This document shows positions 1-14,900 of a stretch of DNA of 64,000 nucleotides, piece by piece. The first letter of the stretch is position 1. Every line of letters begins with the position of its first letter. A model generated the notes under the pieces. It was not told the origin of the DNA and searched no databases. It was given only the letters and a program-made list of their open reading frames with translations. The DNA is from the human T2T-CHM13v2.0 reference genome, Homo sapiens. The position numbers and the translations under genes are program-made. The stretch lies in the NCBI RefSeq assembly GCF_009914755.1, contig NC_060932.1; one strand, given 5' to 3'.

Positions 1-1243
1 CCATGTAAACATGAAAATAAGGGTTAAAAATGACTTCATTATGGGGAAAAGGGACAGGATGCAAATTGTTCAAATGGCATGATGATATTATAAGGAAAGA
101 AAAAGATGTTATAAAAGGTCACATAAAGTCACCCACAGGTCAGCAGTCATGTCATGATTAGCTGCTCTGTGCCAGACACAGGCTGGAAATTGGTAGATGC
201 TCTCCCCAGGAAGTGGGCAGCAGCCCCTTTGTGCCTCTGTCACCTCTGTTAGGCTCCTGGAAGCCCCCTTCATTGCTGCATGTAATGACATCTTCGTCAC
301 CACATGTAACAGCTTCTTTACCACTATGTGTAATGCCATTCTGTGTGCTTATTGGGCTAAACAATCACAGAGGAAAAGAGTGCTGGAGAAATGCCAGGGA
401 GATAGGTACCGAAACGTTCCAGATGGAAAGTCTCGTCTTCAGGTGGCCGTAGCAGTAAATGTCAGGGTCAAACAGGGGGTGTATTCTTGGGAGAGCTTCA
501 GCTCGTCTGTGACCTAGTGTCCAGCCAGCTTCCTGGGAAGGAGGCTGCATCCTGACATTGAAGCCCTGTGTGCTAGGATGAGTGTGTTACGCAGAGCCTT
601 ACAAATGAGAAAATCTTGCGTCCTCAGGACAGTGTTGCTGTCTGGAATACACTGGCTACCTCCCTCCTCCCCCCACCACTTAAAATTCCCTGAATCCGAC
701 AGTGGTGGGGAAAGGGCTGATCCTGGAGAAGATTGTTCCTTGATAATCCTAGTATGATTCATAATGGTTGCAGCAGATGAGCCGCGAGGTTTGTGGCTCA
801 GTCTGCAGCTAAGGAAGGCTCTTCCCTGGGGAGGTGTGTCCAGCTTCCCGGAAAGACCTCAGCTGTCTAGCTGGTCTGGGCTGCCCAGTTCTTAGCAGTG
901 CATCAGCAATGAGCAGCCGCTGACCATCAGGCAGCGTTTCCCGCCTGCCAGAGAACATCAGAGCCACTGCGTCTGGACCAGCTGAAGGCAGCCACGGTGC
1001 CCAGGATGCTGCTGCTGCCTCCAAGGAAAAGAACTCTGAAAATGAGGAATTACAGCCTGGTGGTTTTGTTTTATGTTAATTTTTTACATCTGGGAGATAA
1101 TGGAAAAAATTAAAAATTGCTATAATTGCACCAATCTTAAAAATTAATAATATAAAGACGGGAAAGTAACCAACACAAGCTTGAAACCCATCCCGCCCCT
1201 TCTTGAGATAATCCCTGTTGTCAGTTTGGTAATTTATGCAAAT

Positions 1244-1410
1244 GTAGTGGTGCACTGTTAAACTTCTCAAGAGGAGAAACAAAAACCCTGAATTGTAGGT
1301 TTGTCAATTTCAATGGTGAAATCCCACCGCAGCCAATTTCAGGCAACCAAAGCTTTAAAAACGAGTTCGCAAATTTCTTGAATATTTAACAATCAGCTTT
1401 TGCAAGTGCA
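1244..1410 (+). mobile_element. MER63A-like hAT DNA transposon fragment
   Basis: tagtggtgcactgttaaac...aaaaaccctgaattgtagg...cccaccgcagccaatttcaggcaacca...aatatttaacaatcagc resembles the MER63A consensus as recalled. Confidence 0.6.
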
Positions 1411-2026
1411 TACATGCTCACAACGTTTGCTTTTTTGTACTTTGTTTTGAGGGAGGCAGGAAATGGAAACTTGCAATGGTATTGATAAGTGTGCCATTTT
1501 TATTTACGGTATCACGGATGTCTTCCTAGACCAGCATGTGCAGATTCACTTAGCTTCTCTCACTTGTGGGATGGGGTTTCCATGAAGGCTCACTGTGTTG
1601 CTTCTGGAAAGGCAGAATCGGCCCCCCAGGAGACAGGAATGGCAGCAGCTTGGCACTCGGAGGCTAGCTCCTGCAATGCTGTGCACTTGCAGTGGACAAA
1701 AAAGTAAACTTTGGTGTTTACTTGGAGTTCACTCTAGCTTTGGTTTCTTCTAAATATGTTCTTCCAATGACCTGTAGCCTAATCAACTCTGCTGGCAACA
1801 CATCCCTTTGCTCTGCTCAATTCCAGGTTCCATCAGAGAATCTCATTTTTCTTTTGGGAAATGTTTCCTGATTTTCGTCTTTTCCACCACCCCTCACTGA
1901 GGCTGGGTAAAGTCCTTCTTCTCCATGATGTTTAGAACCCAGGCCTCTTTCTGTGGCAGGGCTCTCTACCCCTTATGATTTATTGTGTGATGTCTCAACC
2001 TGTTTCCTGTGGAGAAGCAGAGAAGC

Positions 2027-2641
2027 TCTGGTAAACAGAATGGCCCTCTAAAGATGCCCATGCCCTAATCTCTGATGTTATGCCTATGAATGAATATGTT
2101 ACTTTATATGGCAAAGGGGACTTTGCAGATGTAATTAAGGTTACTAATCAATTGACTTCTAATAGGGAGAGTATCCTTGGTTATCCAGGTGGGTCCAATC
2201 CAATCACACGGGCCCTTAAAGGCAGAGGTTTTCTCCGACTGTGATCAAGAAGATGCCATGAAAGATTGTAAGTGTGAGAAGGAGTTGATGTGCCACTGCT
2301 GGCTCTGAAATGTGGGGCCCACTTGTAGGAACTGGAGGGAGAGACTGGTTGCTAACGGTGGCCCCTAGCTAACAGCCAACAGAGAAATGGGGACCGCCGG
2401 CCTACAGCTGCAGGGAACTGAATTCAGCAACATGAATAAGTTTGGAAGAGGATCCTTCCAGAACCTCCTGATAGGAGCCCAGTCCGCTGTCACCTTGAAT
2501 TCAGCTTCATGAACCAGGAGCAGGGAAACCAGCTGAGCCAACCCACATTCTGACCTAAGGAGCACTGAGGTAATTATATGTGTTGTTTTAAGCCACTAAG
2601 TTTGTAGTAATTTGTTATAGTGGCTGTAGAAAATTAATACA
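2027..2641 (+). mobile_element. MLT1 (MLT1D/E-like) ERVL-MaLR solo LTR
   Basis: Typical ggcaaaggggactttgcagatgtaattaagg motif and 3' end gttgttttaagccactaagtttgtagtaatttgttatag...aattaataca. Confidence 0.85.
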
Positions 2642-3051
2642 GGATCCTAGTGTTTGGGAATGCAGGCCCCAGGCCCCGCTTTTTCCAGAGCGTGTTTGCA
2701 CTTTCGCAGGGGACCTTCAAGTCCCAGTAGTAGCTCACTTTCAGGTGTCTCAGCTCAGCTTGCCCTGCTGCTCCTGAATGAGCAGGTTCTAACATCTTCC
2801 AAACACTTCATCTCCCCCACCTGCCTATAGTCACCGCTTGGTGGATTTTTACCACTGCAATGTGGGCCTTGGCTTCCTATTTCAGACCCCCTGGGATGTT
2901 TTGGTAGCTTCCTTAGGGGTCTTTTCAACTCCAGGCCCTCCCTCTGCCCAACCATCCTTCAAACTGCCTCCAGATGCAACTTCCTGGAGTGCGGCTTTGC
3001 TTCCATCGCTCCCTAGCTACAGACATCCTGTGGGCTTCCTGTTTCTACTGA

Positions 3052-3443
<392 letters not shown>

Positions 3444-3773
3444 TGTCTGGGCCATCTTTATACTCAGTATAATCAGCCCCCACAAACAGAAATGCTGTTG
3501 CAGGGTGAGTGTGCTAAAAATACTCCTGGGATTTTTCAAGTCCTTGGAGACATCCATCTTAAAATAGTGCAAAAAGAACCGAATAAATACTCATTTATGT
3601 GCTATTTTAATGAACAACTGCAGGCAATATGCCTAATATGGCAGGGAGGTCTTCAGTGTCCTTTCTCCTTCATTCTTGATTAGCGTCTGAGCTCAGATGG
3701 CATGCATCAGTATGTTTGTGGCATTACAGAGGTGCTGGGAGTGAGGGAGAGTGCAGGGGTAGGGAAGCATTAC

Positions 3774-3917
3774 ATGCCTGTAATCCCAGCTATTTGGGAT
3801 GCTGAGGCATGAGAATCGCTTGAACTCAAGAGGGAGAGGTTGCAGTGAGCCAAGATCATGCCACTGCACCCCAGCCTGGGCCACAGAGCGAGACTCTGTC
3901 CCAAAAATAAAGAAAAG
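3774..3917 (+). mobile_element. Alu right arm only (5'-truncated)
   Basis: catgcctgtaatcccagcta...gaggttgcagtgagccaagatc...gagactctgtc followed by an A-rich tail. Confidence 0.9.
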
Positions 3918-4604
3918 TCAGCTTCTGTGCTCCTGCCCAGAACCACTGAATCAGATGCTGGGTGTCAGCTCTGGACCCTGTTTGGCCTTTTCTTTCCTAT
4001 GTCAACCCAGCAGAGCTGCAGGCCTTGTGTGGAGGTGGGTTACAATGTGCTCTCCTTATCCCCAGTAAAACCAGGACATTTTAAGGTGGGGACGGGGTGG
4101 GAGTGGATCAATTAACTTGGAGTCTTGGCTTGACCTTTACCCTGGATTTATGGGGCTTAGAAATAAAGGGAAAGTTGCATTCTTCTCTGAGGAACTGCTT
4201 AATTCATATCCACTCTCCCAAATAAAGCTGCTGGTTGACTGCAGCTATTTAATTCAGTGCTATTTGCTTTCATTCTGTATAGGGTGAGGATAGCTTCTGT
4301 TGGCCAGAGCTTGTGCTAGATCTCCACCTGGGTCAGGAAGGCATTTCCCTGCGCTCACAAAGGCCTTGCACACATAAGATGCACTGAAGAATTCCTGGCA
4401 GGGCCAAATCTGGTGTCCGGTTCACTCTTGGCCTTCCAAGTTCTTGCTGCCTCTCCTTTGTACCCATGATATCTGATGGCAGCAGCATGGAACTTGGTAC
4501 AGTTGAAATAGCCCAAGTTCAAATCCTGACTCAGATACTAAGCTCAGTAACTTTACGTAAGTAGCATAATTATATGGATCCTCCCTTCTTCATCTATAAA
4601 ATGA

Positions 4605-5018
<414 letters not shown>

Positions 5019-5139
5019 GCAAGCTGAGCTTTGAAATACTGTTTCCATTTCCACTGTTGAATCTCTTTTATCACCATGAAAAGAGATTTCAGGGCTAGTC
5101 ACTGGTTCCGGGAGAAGAAAGAATGACACATAGAACATA

Positions 5140-5335
5140 ACTCAGGTGCTCTAATGGTCCCAGTTGACACCAACCTAGATCAGTTGACAGCCAGCCAACT
5201 CCTAGACCTCCATGTGAGCCCAGCCAAGATCACCAAAGCTACCTACTTGACCACGCAGATATATGGACACTTAGTGCTTATGCCACTGAGCTCGTTGTGC
5301 ACCATTGTTTTGGTAATAGGTACAGTGGGAAACTC
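5140..5335 (+). mobile_element. Old MLT1 LTR 3' fragment
   Basis: cagccagccaac...catgtgagcccagccaagatcacc...tgcttatgccactgag, MLT1H/I/J-like. Confidence 0.5.
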
Positions 5336-6180
5336 AGTAATAACTATTACTATTACAATAGTAATAACTATTGGATTCAAATCCTGCCAGGGCATGGGTT
5401 GGTTAGTGCTACATGCATTGCCTGATACATCAACTACTTTTGGAATGACTGAATGGTCTTATAAGGATAAATTATGTAACTCTTTTGCACCTGATTTCTC
5501 TATTCAGAACATCTCTAGTAGGCTGCAATCACTGCCACTCACTTGAAATTCTTTAAGAGTGGAAATGCCATTTGCTGGACATTCAGAGAGAGAGACGTGA
5601 AGTAGCTAGGTTCCTAGTTTTACGTGAGATGTCGATTGATCTACGGAGTAATTTGGGTCCCTGGCTCCAAGGCAAGCCTGTTACATTCTTCAAGGAGAAA
5701 ACAGCTTGACATCAGTATCAGTTTGAGAACACAGCATGAGTGAACAAAAAAAACAGCGGTCCCCATATTTTGGGCATTTGCTCTACGCCAGGCACTTCTT
5801 ATCTATTCTGCGTGGAGGAATTGCTCTCCTGATTTTTAAAGGGGACAAAACAGCTCAGAGACATCAAATAGATGATCAGAGAGCACACAGCTAAGGAGGT
5901 AACAGCTCAAACTTCTAGATCCAGAGCTACCTCACAGCAAAGGACAGCCTCTTACACCCCACCACCGTCTGCAGAGCCCACAGCAGGCATCCAGGTGAAG
6001 CTCCTCAGTTTATCAATGAAGGAATTGCACCTGTGAATGGAAGTGGCCTGCCCAAGGCTACACGGCAGTGAGTGTAACCAGATTACCTGATACCCCTTCC
6101 AGGGCCCTTGGTGTGACTTATTGAGATCTCATGGGCCAGTGGGTGTCACTGAAATTCCTGGATAAAAGTTGCTTGTGGAG

Positions 6181-6488
6181 GGCTGTCATAGTGGCTCATG
6201 CCTGTAATCCCAGCATTTCGGGGAGCAATTTGGGAGGCCAAGGCAGGTGGATGGTTTGAGCCCAGGAATTCCAGATCAGCCTGGGCAACATGGTGAGACC
6301 CTATTTCTACAAAAAAAATAACGGAAATTAGCCTAGTTTGGTGGTGCATGCCTGTAGTCCCAGCTGCTCAGGAGGCTAAGGTGGGAGGATCACCTGAGCC
6401 CAGGAAGGTCCAGGCTGCAGCAAGCCATGATTGTGTCACTGCACTCCAGCCTGGGTGACAGAGTAAGACCCTGTCTCAAAAAAAAAAA
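6181..6488 (+). mobile_element. AluJ
   Basis: Dimer with J-type gaggatcacctgagcccagg; degenerate TSD aaaagtt..tggag on both sides; short internal duplication near 6212-6236. Confidence 0.92.
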
Positions 6489-6703
6489 GTTTCCCATGGA
6501 GACATTATCAGTTTCTAGGCCTCCACGTGAGCACCTTAAAAGAAGCACTATGGTTTAACAACAACAACAAAAGACACACCAGGGAACACCTGAGCTGCTC
6601 CTATGCGCCTGTGCTGTCTTCAGGGAAGCAAGTCAGCATCATGAGGAGGATGCCTTTTGGGAAGAGGCCTGAGGGCTGGCTAGCTGCAGGTGTGCCATCT
6701 CTA

Positions 6704-6850
6704 ATCAATTCATTCATTCATTCATTTATTTTTATAGAGGTGGGGTCTCGCTATGTTGACCAGGCTGATCTTAAACTCCTGGCCTCAAGTGATCCCATCT
6801 TGGCCTCTCAAAGTGTTGGGATTACAGGCGTGAGCCACTGTGCCCAGCCC
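6704..6850 (-). mobile_element. FLAM (Alu left monomer) with (TTCA)n-degenerated tail
   Basis: Single left arm; flanking direct repeat tgccat(c/t)tcta near 6693 and 6857. Confidence 0.85.
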
Positions 6851-7599
6851 CAGACATGCCATTTCTAGACAACACCTCCAAGGATCTGAGGAGAGAAGCC
6901 CCTCATGCTGGCTGCCCCGGCATCTACCTATCCTTCGTTCTGCCTGCCAGCTCAGAGAGTGGGAGCGGTGCCAGGGAGCTGTTTGGGCTGGCGCAGGCCA
7001 GGCAGGAGCCCTACTTGGCTAGCAGCCCCAGGCACCTGCCACACTTGTGTATTTGCTCAGCGGTTCGGGGTACGGAAGCAGGATGCCTTCCGTCATTGCA
7101 CCCTGGGTGTTCGGGGCCTCGGGGGCCAGCTGCTGGGCTGGCAGCTTCTCTGAGGAGCTGTTTCTTGCCCTCTTTGTACCCCTGTCTCTCAACTACCTGT
7201 CAGGCAGGTAATAATCCCACCATCACCTGATGTACCCAGAGGAGAAGGCAGGAGGCCTGCGCAATGTGCACAGAACAAACACTGGCAAGGTGCCTGAGAG
7301 CCCTGCACCAGGCACCTTCAGCCCTCAGGGGAGAGAGTCTCCTGTCCAGCTCACCCCAGGCACCCTTCTCCAAATGCCCAGTCTTGCACCATTCCCAGAC
7401 CATTTGGGCCACATCTGAAAGAATTTGCCATACTGCCTGCCTTTGATTAGATGTTAGGGAAGATTTAAATTCGTGCAGAATCTCAATACAGCTCCCTTCC
7501 TGTTGGAACCATGTGACAGACTATTTCCAAGGCTGTTTCTTACAAGAGGATCTGCCTTACTAAGTCAGAGCATTGCAATAATTAACGTGTTGAAAGCTC

Positions 7600-7780
7600 C
7601 CTGATTTCCAAAGCATTTTCACATACATTAGCTCACTTAAGGTCTCCCAAACCCTGTGAATGGAGCATTCTTTTTAGCCCCATTTTACAGGTGAGGCAAC
7701 TGAGGCCAAGAGAGCTTGAGTAGCTCCCCCAGTGGCTTAATGTAGAATAAGTATCAGAGCAGAGACTGGAGCCCAGATCT
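7600..7780 (-). mobile_element. MIR
   Basis: MIR core ccccattttacaggtgaggcaactgaggccaagagag. Confidence 0.8.
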
Positions 7781-7802
7781 TCCTTATGAGAATCCAGCCT
7801 CC

Positions 7803-8091
7803 TTTTTTTTTTTTTCTTTTGAGACAGACTCTTGCTCTGTTGTCCAGGCCGGAGTGCAATGTTGTGATCTCAGCTCACTGCAACCTCCGCCTCCAGGGTT
7901 CAAGTGATTCTCCTGCCAGAGTAGCAGGGATTACAGGTGTGCACTACCACACCCAGCTAATTTTTGCAATTTTAGTAGAGATGAGGTTTCACCATGTTGG
8001 CCAGGCTGGTCTCAAACTCCTGACCTCAAGTGATCCATCTGCCTCAGCCTCCCAAAGTGCTGGGATTACAGGCGTGAGCCACCGCACCCAG
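7803..8091 (-). mobile_element. AluS with small internal deletion
   Basis: Antisense dimer; tcagcctccc missing at ~7917; TSD ccagcct(c/t)cttt. Confidence 0.93.
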
Positions 8092-10686
8092 TCCCAGCCT
8101 TCTTTCTGATTCACTCTTGTTTTGTAGTTGTGGACATTTAAGAAGACTTTTTATTTTTTTATTTGTATTTTTTTTTTTATTCAAAGGGCTTGTGCTCAAA
8201 TAAAGTGAGAGTAGGGAGAGAGAAATTCATGTTTCTCTGCTCTGTTTTTTGTTTGGGCTCTCATTTAATCTCTCTGACAACCTTTTGCAGCAGGTGTTAT
8301 TCTCATCCATATTTACACCTGAGGAAGCTGAGGCTCACAGAGGAGAAATATCTTTCCCCAAGCCCCACGTCGAGCAGTGGGTAGAAAATGAGCCCAGATC
8401 CCTCTGTCTCCATCTCTGCAACCTGTCTCTCTGCATGCCACATTGGCTTACGACCGAGATCAGCTGCACCAGGGCAGGCTGGAGGGTGAGGAGGCTGGCT
8501 AGACCCCTGGGAAGGCAGGCAGCACCCAGAGCTGTTCCAGCTCTGCTGATCCTGTTCGAGAGGCCAGAAAAGTTCAAATATTGGCCTTCTCCTTATAGTC
8601 TCCCACCTACCCTCCCTCTGGAAGCACAGAACTGTAGTGTGCAAAGAAAGACCTTGTGGATCCTCTGCTCTTGCCCTCTCATTTACCAAATGAGAAGACG
8701 CTCTCTGGGGAACGTGACCGGCCTCATTCCATAGAAGAGATGGCAGAGTCTGGAGCAGAATCTGGGACCCTGACTCCCAGGCCTGTGCACTGAGGCGTTC
8801 TTGTCTGCCACCTCCCAGCCCCTCTCTTTGCCTTCCTCGATCTTCTTGAGTTCTCTAATGGGTCATCTGTTGTGACCATTGATTACAAGACACCATGCAT
8901 GGTTCCCCTGCTTCCATTTATGTGTGGATCTCCCTCTGTTCTTACATAAGAATCTCAGAGATGGGTCAGGTTGTGACCTTCTCTTTGGTGCTGGCTTGAA
9001 GTTGAGGAAAAAGCCAGGCTCCGAGTCCCTTGGATCTGGGTCCCAACCCTGCCTGTGTGGCTCTGAAGTCAAGTGACTCCTCCTCCCCCTGTTGTATTCC
9101 CCGGCAGCACTAACAGTGGCTCCCCTTAGCTGGACACCTAGAGTGCCAGGCTCTGTGCTCAGGACTTCACTGTTTGAGGTCCCTGGAGAGTGGAACCTCT
9201 CACCCACAAGGTGGTGATTCCCTTGGGAGTGGGCAGCATGCAGTCAGAAGGGAACTTGGGTGGGGACAGGCATCCTATATCCTGGGTTTACCCACTCCTA
9301 CCCATGCACTGATGGGCTTGACTGCCTGGCCAACACTTACTGAGCATATAGTGAATGACGGGCACTGAGGCTCAGGGGATGAAGCCATAGGCTTTGAGTC
9401 CCAGAGTCAGTGATGGAATCACCAGGGAGCCCAGGCATCGTGTCTATGCTCTGTGCCATGTGACAAGTCTCTGCCTTCTCTTCATCCTGAAGAGACCCTG
9501 GGTTCTTGCCTCCCTGGGCTGTGGCACCATGCAAGGTGGCCAAGGTAGGGGCCCTGGTGTTCTGGCCCCCAGCTAGGTTCTCAGCACTACTGAGTGCTGG
9601 CTCATGGTGAGTGTTCAGCCACTGTTGGATGAATGGAGAAATGACTCAATGAATTTCCCAGAATGCACAGATGCTGCACCTAATCCCTTGGAGTTTAACC
9701 AGCACAAGAGTTTGCACTTTGCTGGCCATCTCCTGCCAAGGCACAGCCTTCCCTGAGCCTGTTTCCCTTGTATGTGGCTCATACCTGAGGCCCCCAGCTG
9801 GCATTTGGTCCCCTCCTGCAGGCGTAGGCTGCCCAGTGCCAAGTGCACCTTGCATCTCTCCCCAGTCCTCCCACTGCTGTCTCCCGCTTCCTGCCCTCCG
9901 TCCCGCCACGGGCTCCCGCCAAACCAGCCCACACGGCCTCCTTTTGTTCAGCCACCTCGGTTTCAGGCCAACCAGTCCAGCCAGGTCCCCCAGCCTGCAT
10001 TGCACACTCCTTTGAAGCCTTGACAGGCAGCCAACCAAGCTGGCCCGAGCGCGCAAGGCAGGGTGCTGGTGCCGGCGCGCTGGCAGCTGCTTCCCGCCTT
10101 TCTGGCTCCTGGGACCTGGCTGCTCCCAGGCCCATTCACATGGGGACAGAAATGCCTGGACGTTCTCCTCGGCTGGCATGGGTATTGCGTCCAGGGCCAC
10201 AGGCTGGGGCTGTTCCCACAGCCCAGAGTCCTTTCCCAGGCTCCCTGTTCTCCATAGTGAAGCCCTCTGGTTTGTCCCAGGCAGTGCATCCCACAGCCTC
10301 TGTCTCCACAAAGGAGAACTGGCAGCAGGAATAGCCTGGCTGGGTTCTGAGCTCTCTGAGGAGAGGCAGGACTGGGCAAAGGGTAGGAGCACTGGCTTTG
10401 GCTTCAGATGAGTGTCGAGCGCCTCACTCTGCCATCTCTAGCTAGGGACCTATCTGCTTCATGCCTCAGTTTTCTCTTCTGTAAGTGGGGAGCATAGAGC
10501 ACCCAGTTCACCGGCACAGTGAAGGGTGATGAATACTGTAGGTTAGCACATTGCAAGCTAAGTCTTCAACAGGAGTTGTGGGGAGCACTGTTAATATGTG
10601 GGGGATCATCATTCTAGTAGCTGAGGAGCATCGGAGCCTAAAAGACTCGTGTGAAAGAGGGGTCTCCTGTTCCTATTTTTAAATTT

Positions 10687-11278
<592 letters not shown>

Positions 11279-11370
11279 TCCTATTTTCTAAATTTCAAAA
11301 GTAGTACATGCTGACTGCACAATTTAAGAAATTTAGATAAGTGAAAGAAAACTTAAAAAATACTTGTTGC

Positions 11371-11986
<616 letters not shown>

Positions 11987-13509
11987 CCTTTTTATCCTAC
12001 CAACGTATATACTCATGTGTGCACATGTACATATGTATGCATACCCCTACACACACTAGAATTGCTAGTTTATTACCATGTGTAATAATAGTTTATATGG
12101 ACATAACAGTGCATGCCTATTATATTATGTACATATGTAATGCATTTTATATACTTTTCATATATATTTCATTTCATATTAAATTCTTGCATATACATAT
12201 ATTTGAAAAAGTAAAGAATAGGTTCCTCTGGTTTTGTAACCAGCTTTTGTCATTTAATGTAAGTTGAATTTTTTTTCTGTTAGGGAATTTTTCTGCAGGA
12301 AAATATTTTAAGGCCACCTGGTATGTTATAATACAAACATGTTATATCCATTTGACAGTTGAGGAGCTGGAAGTGCTGAGATGCAACATAAGTTCCCCAA
12401 AATTATGCTACTTGAGGCACAGCTGACATCCAGAAGCTTCTCTGGGAAGGCTTTTGGAGTTCCCCAAGGCAGAGTCAACAAGAACATAAGTTTCTTAAGA
12501 ACAGGGACTGTGTGCCTCACTTACTGTCATCTCCCCAGCATCTGCCACAAAGTGGACATTCTGTTAATAGTTACTGAGTGAATAGACACAGGAAGTTCAG
12601 TCTTCTTTTTTATCTCATTTCTTGCTCAAAGCTCATCTCAGCATTGAACGTGTCTTTCCACATGGCCTCCTCACTAGCTTCTGTACCCCTCAAGTCCAGG
12701 ACCATGTCAGATTGTCTTTGAATCCCTCAGCCCCAGTCCCAGGCCTGCCCTAGAGCAGGTGTTCAGTAAATGACTATCGAATTGTGGAAACAGGGATCTC
12801 TCCATCCTGGATTCAAGACAGCGCCCTCCCTATGAAGCTTTTCTGAGCTCTTTCACACCAAAGTTCTCCCAACCATCGTGTTGACAGCTATCTGCCTGCT
12901 GCCCTCAGTCCAGGAGCAACTTGGACATCAGCTCTGCCTGTCACACTGGGGTCGGCGCACCTGGCCTGTTCCGGGACAGATCGCAAGGCTGAGGGTTAAG
13001 TAACACCTGGAGTGGTTAGGAGGCTGGGCACCTCCTTGTGAATCTCCCGGGCTGCGTGGCGGGTGGCGGGTGGCTGGCAGGGGAGGGACCCTTGGCACTG
13101 CTGTGGCTTTGTATTTGCTGCCAGCGGGGCCTTTGATGCCCCAGGGGCTGCTCGCCCAGCCAAGGGCATTGTAGAACACAAAAGCTACAGAAAGCAGCAC
13201 AAATAAAGTGAAAGCGACCCAGGAAACTGCCAGGGAGCTTATCAGCCTGTTTCCTGATCATAGGTATGGGGTGTAGGGAGGCACGGGGAGCATTTCTGGG
13301 CCCGGTGATTGCCTGCACGTTGCCAGGGCCCCTGGTATTGCGTACAAAGCATTAACCTGGAAGCTAAGCAAGGCTCTTCACCTTGTAAAACTGACTGGAT
13401 GAGTCCAAACTCTTAGAGTTTTTGTGAGGATTAGACAGGTCGATAAGTTAAAGTGCCTACTCTGTGTGTGTGCATCTGATAATGATAACAGTGACAGTAG
13501 TAATAACGG

Positions 13510-13730
13510 TAGCAGCTAATACTTTCTGAGCATTTCATATATGCCAAACACTGTTTTAACTGATTTTTATATTAATTCATTTAATCTTCATAATGACACT
13601 AAGAGGTAGGTAGTACTGTTATCTTCATTTTATAAATGAGAAAATCGAAGCTCAGAGATGTTAAGTAACTTTCTTAAGATCTCACAGCACATGAGAAGAC
13701 AATCCGGCGTTTGAACCCGGGGCTCTGGTT
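13510..13730 (-). mobile_element. MIR (near full length)
   Basis: attcatttaatcttcataatgacac...cattttataaatgagaaaatcgaagctcagagatgttaagtaact. Confidence 0.88.
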
Positions 13731-13822
13731 GTGAAACACTGGTCCACCTTGCTCCCCATTTCTTCCCCCTAGCCTTTGGAATATTGTGTTCCCCTAATTA
13801 TTATGATAGGACAACCATGTCG

Positions 13823-13862
13823 TGATGATGATGATGACGACGATGACAGCGATGGCGGTGGT
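13823..13862. repeat. (GAT/GAC)n degenerate trinucleotide repeat
   Basis: tgatgatgatgatgacgacgatgacagcgatggcggtggtg. Confidence 0.8.
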
Positions 13863-14409
13863 GAAAGAGGAAGACATCCCTTCATTTCATGTAGCAATCT
13901 GCTTCTTGCTGGGATTTCAAATCCATTTTCATTGTTGATCCTGAGAACAAGCCTTGGAGGCGGAATCATTTTGAAATCCCAGGAAACCGGGCCTTAAGAG
14001 ACGGCTGAAGACCCGAGCAGTCATTCGGTGGAGTCTGTGAGGCCCAGAGCTGAGGAGGAGGACATGGGTGTAGAAACGGTCGCAGCCCACACTGCTGTGC
14101 CTACAGCTCTGGATCCTGACTGTGTGAGTGGGCCCAGGGCTGCTGGAACCTGTGGAGCTATAGCAAGAAGGGTGAGGAGGTTGCCCCACTCCTGCTTCCT
14201 TCATGAACTTCGTTGTTCCCTCAGGACAGGAAACTTAGGCTGTTCCGTTGACCTCTCCAGACAGCTTAGTGGTGATCTCAAGCCTTCTTATGAGATGGTG
14301 GATCACAGCTACCATTCATTGAGTTAAGACCTTCATTTATTTCATTTCATCTCATCAGTAGCCCTGGGATATGCATATTATATTTCCATCATGGTGTACC
14401 ATAATTGCG

Positions 14410-14900
14410 TCAGTTAATTTTTGCCACGGCAATGCCAAGTAACAAACTGCAGAATCTCAGTGGCTTTCAATATTAAGCATTTATTATCTACATATCTGGG
14501 GAGATTGGCCAAGCAGCCCTGCTGATCTTGGCTGGACTGCCTCCATGTCTAGGGTGTGGCTGCCTGGTGGCTGATGTGATTTTGCTGGAGTGGCTGGGGT
14601 GTCTCCACTCTGCCCTCTGTGTCTTTCGTCTCCTTCTGAAACCAGCAGACTAGCTGGGGGAATGTCGTTCTTATGGTGAAAAGCACAGAGCAAGACAAGA
14701 CCACTCCTAGGTGAGTAAGCCCTTTCCAAGCTTCTGCTGGCCTCTCTTTTGCTAGCACTCCATTGGCTGAGGCGAGTGACCTCACCACACTGAGTGTCGG
14801 AGTGGGAAGGCACTGCAGAGGTGCATGGTGGAGGGTGAGGGTGCAGGTAGGGTGAAGAGTCACCCTTCAGGTAAGGGTGCAGGTAGGGTGAAGACGTGTT
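14410..14900 (-). mobile_element. Old MLT1 (J/K-like) LTR
   Basis: gtaacaaac...atctcagtggctt...aagcatttatt and cattggctgaggcgagtgac are antisense MLT1 hallmarks. Confidence 0.65.

Noticed and set aside
197-550. Overlapping short ORFs at the window start as a coding exon or pseudogene
   Set aside because: No recognisable homology and no convincing splice-site pair
9646-10392. 248 aa minus-strand ORF and overlapping ORFs
   Set aside because: GC-rich region open in several frames, with no recognisable domain or exon structure
12811-12826. REST/NRSE-like ttcaagacagcgcc
   Set aside because: Only a right half-site; the left half and canonical spacing are missing
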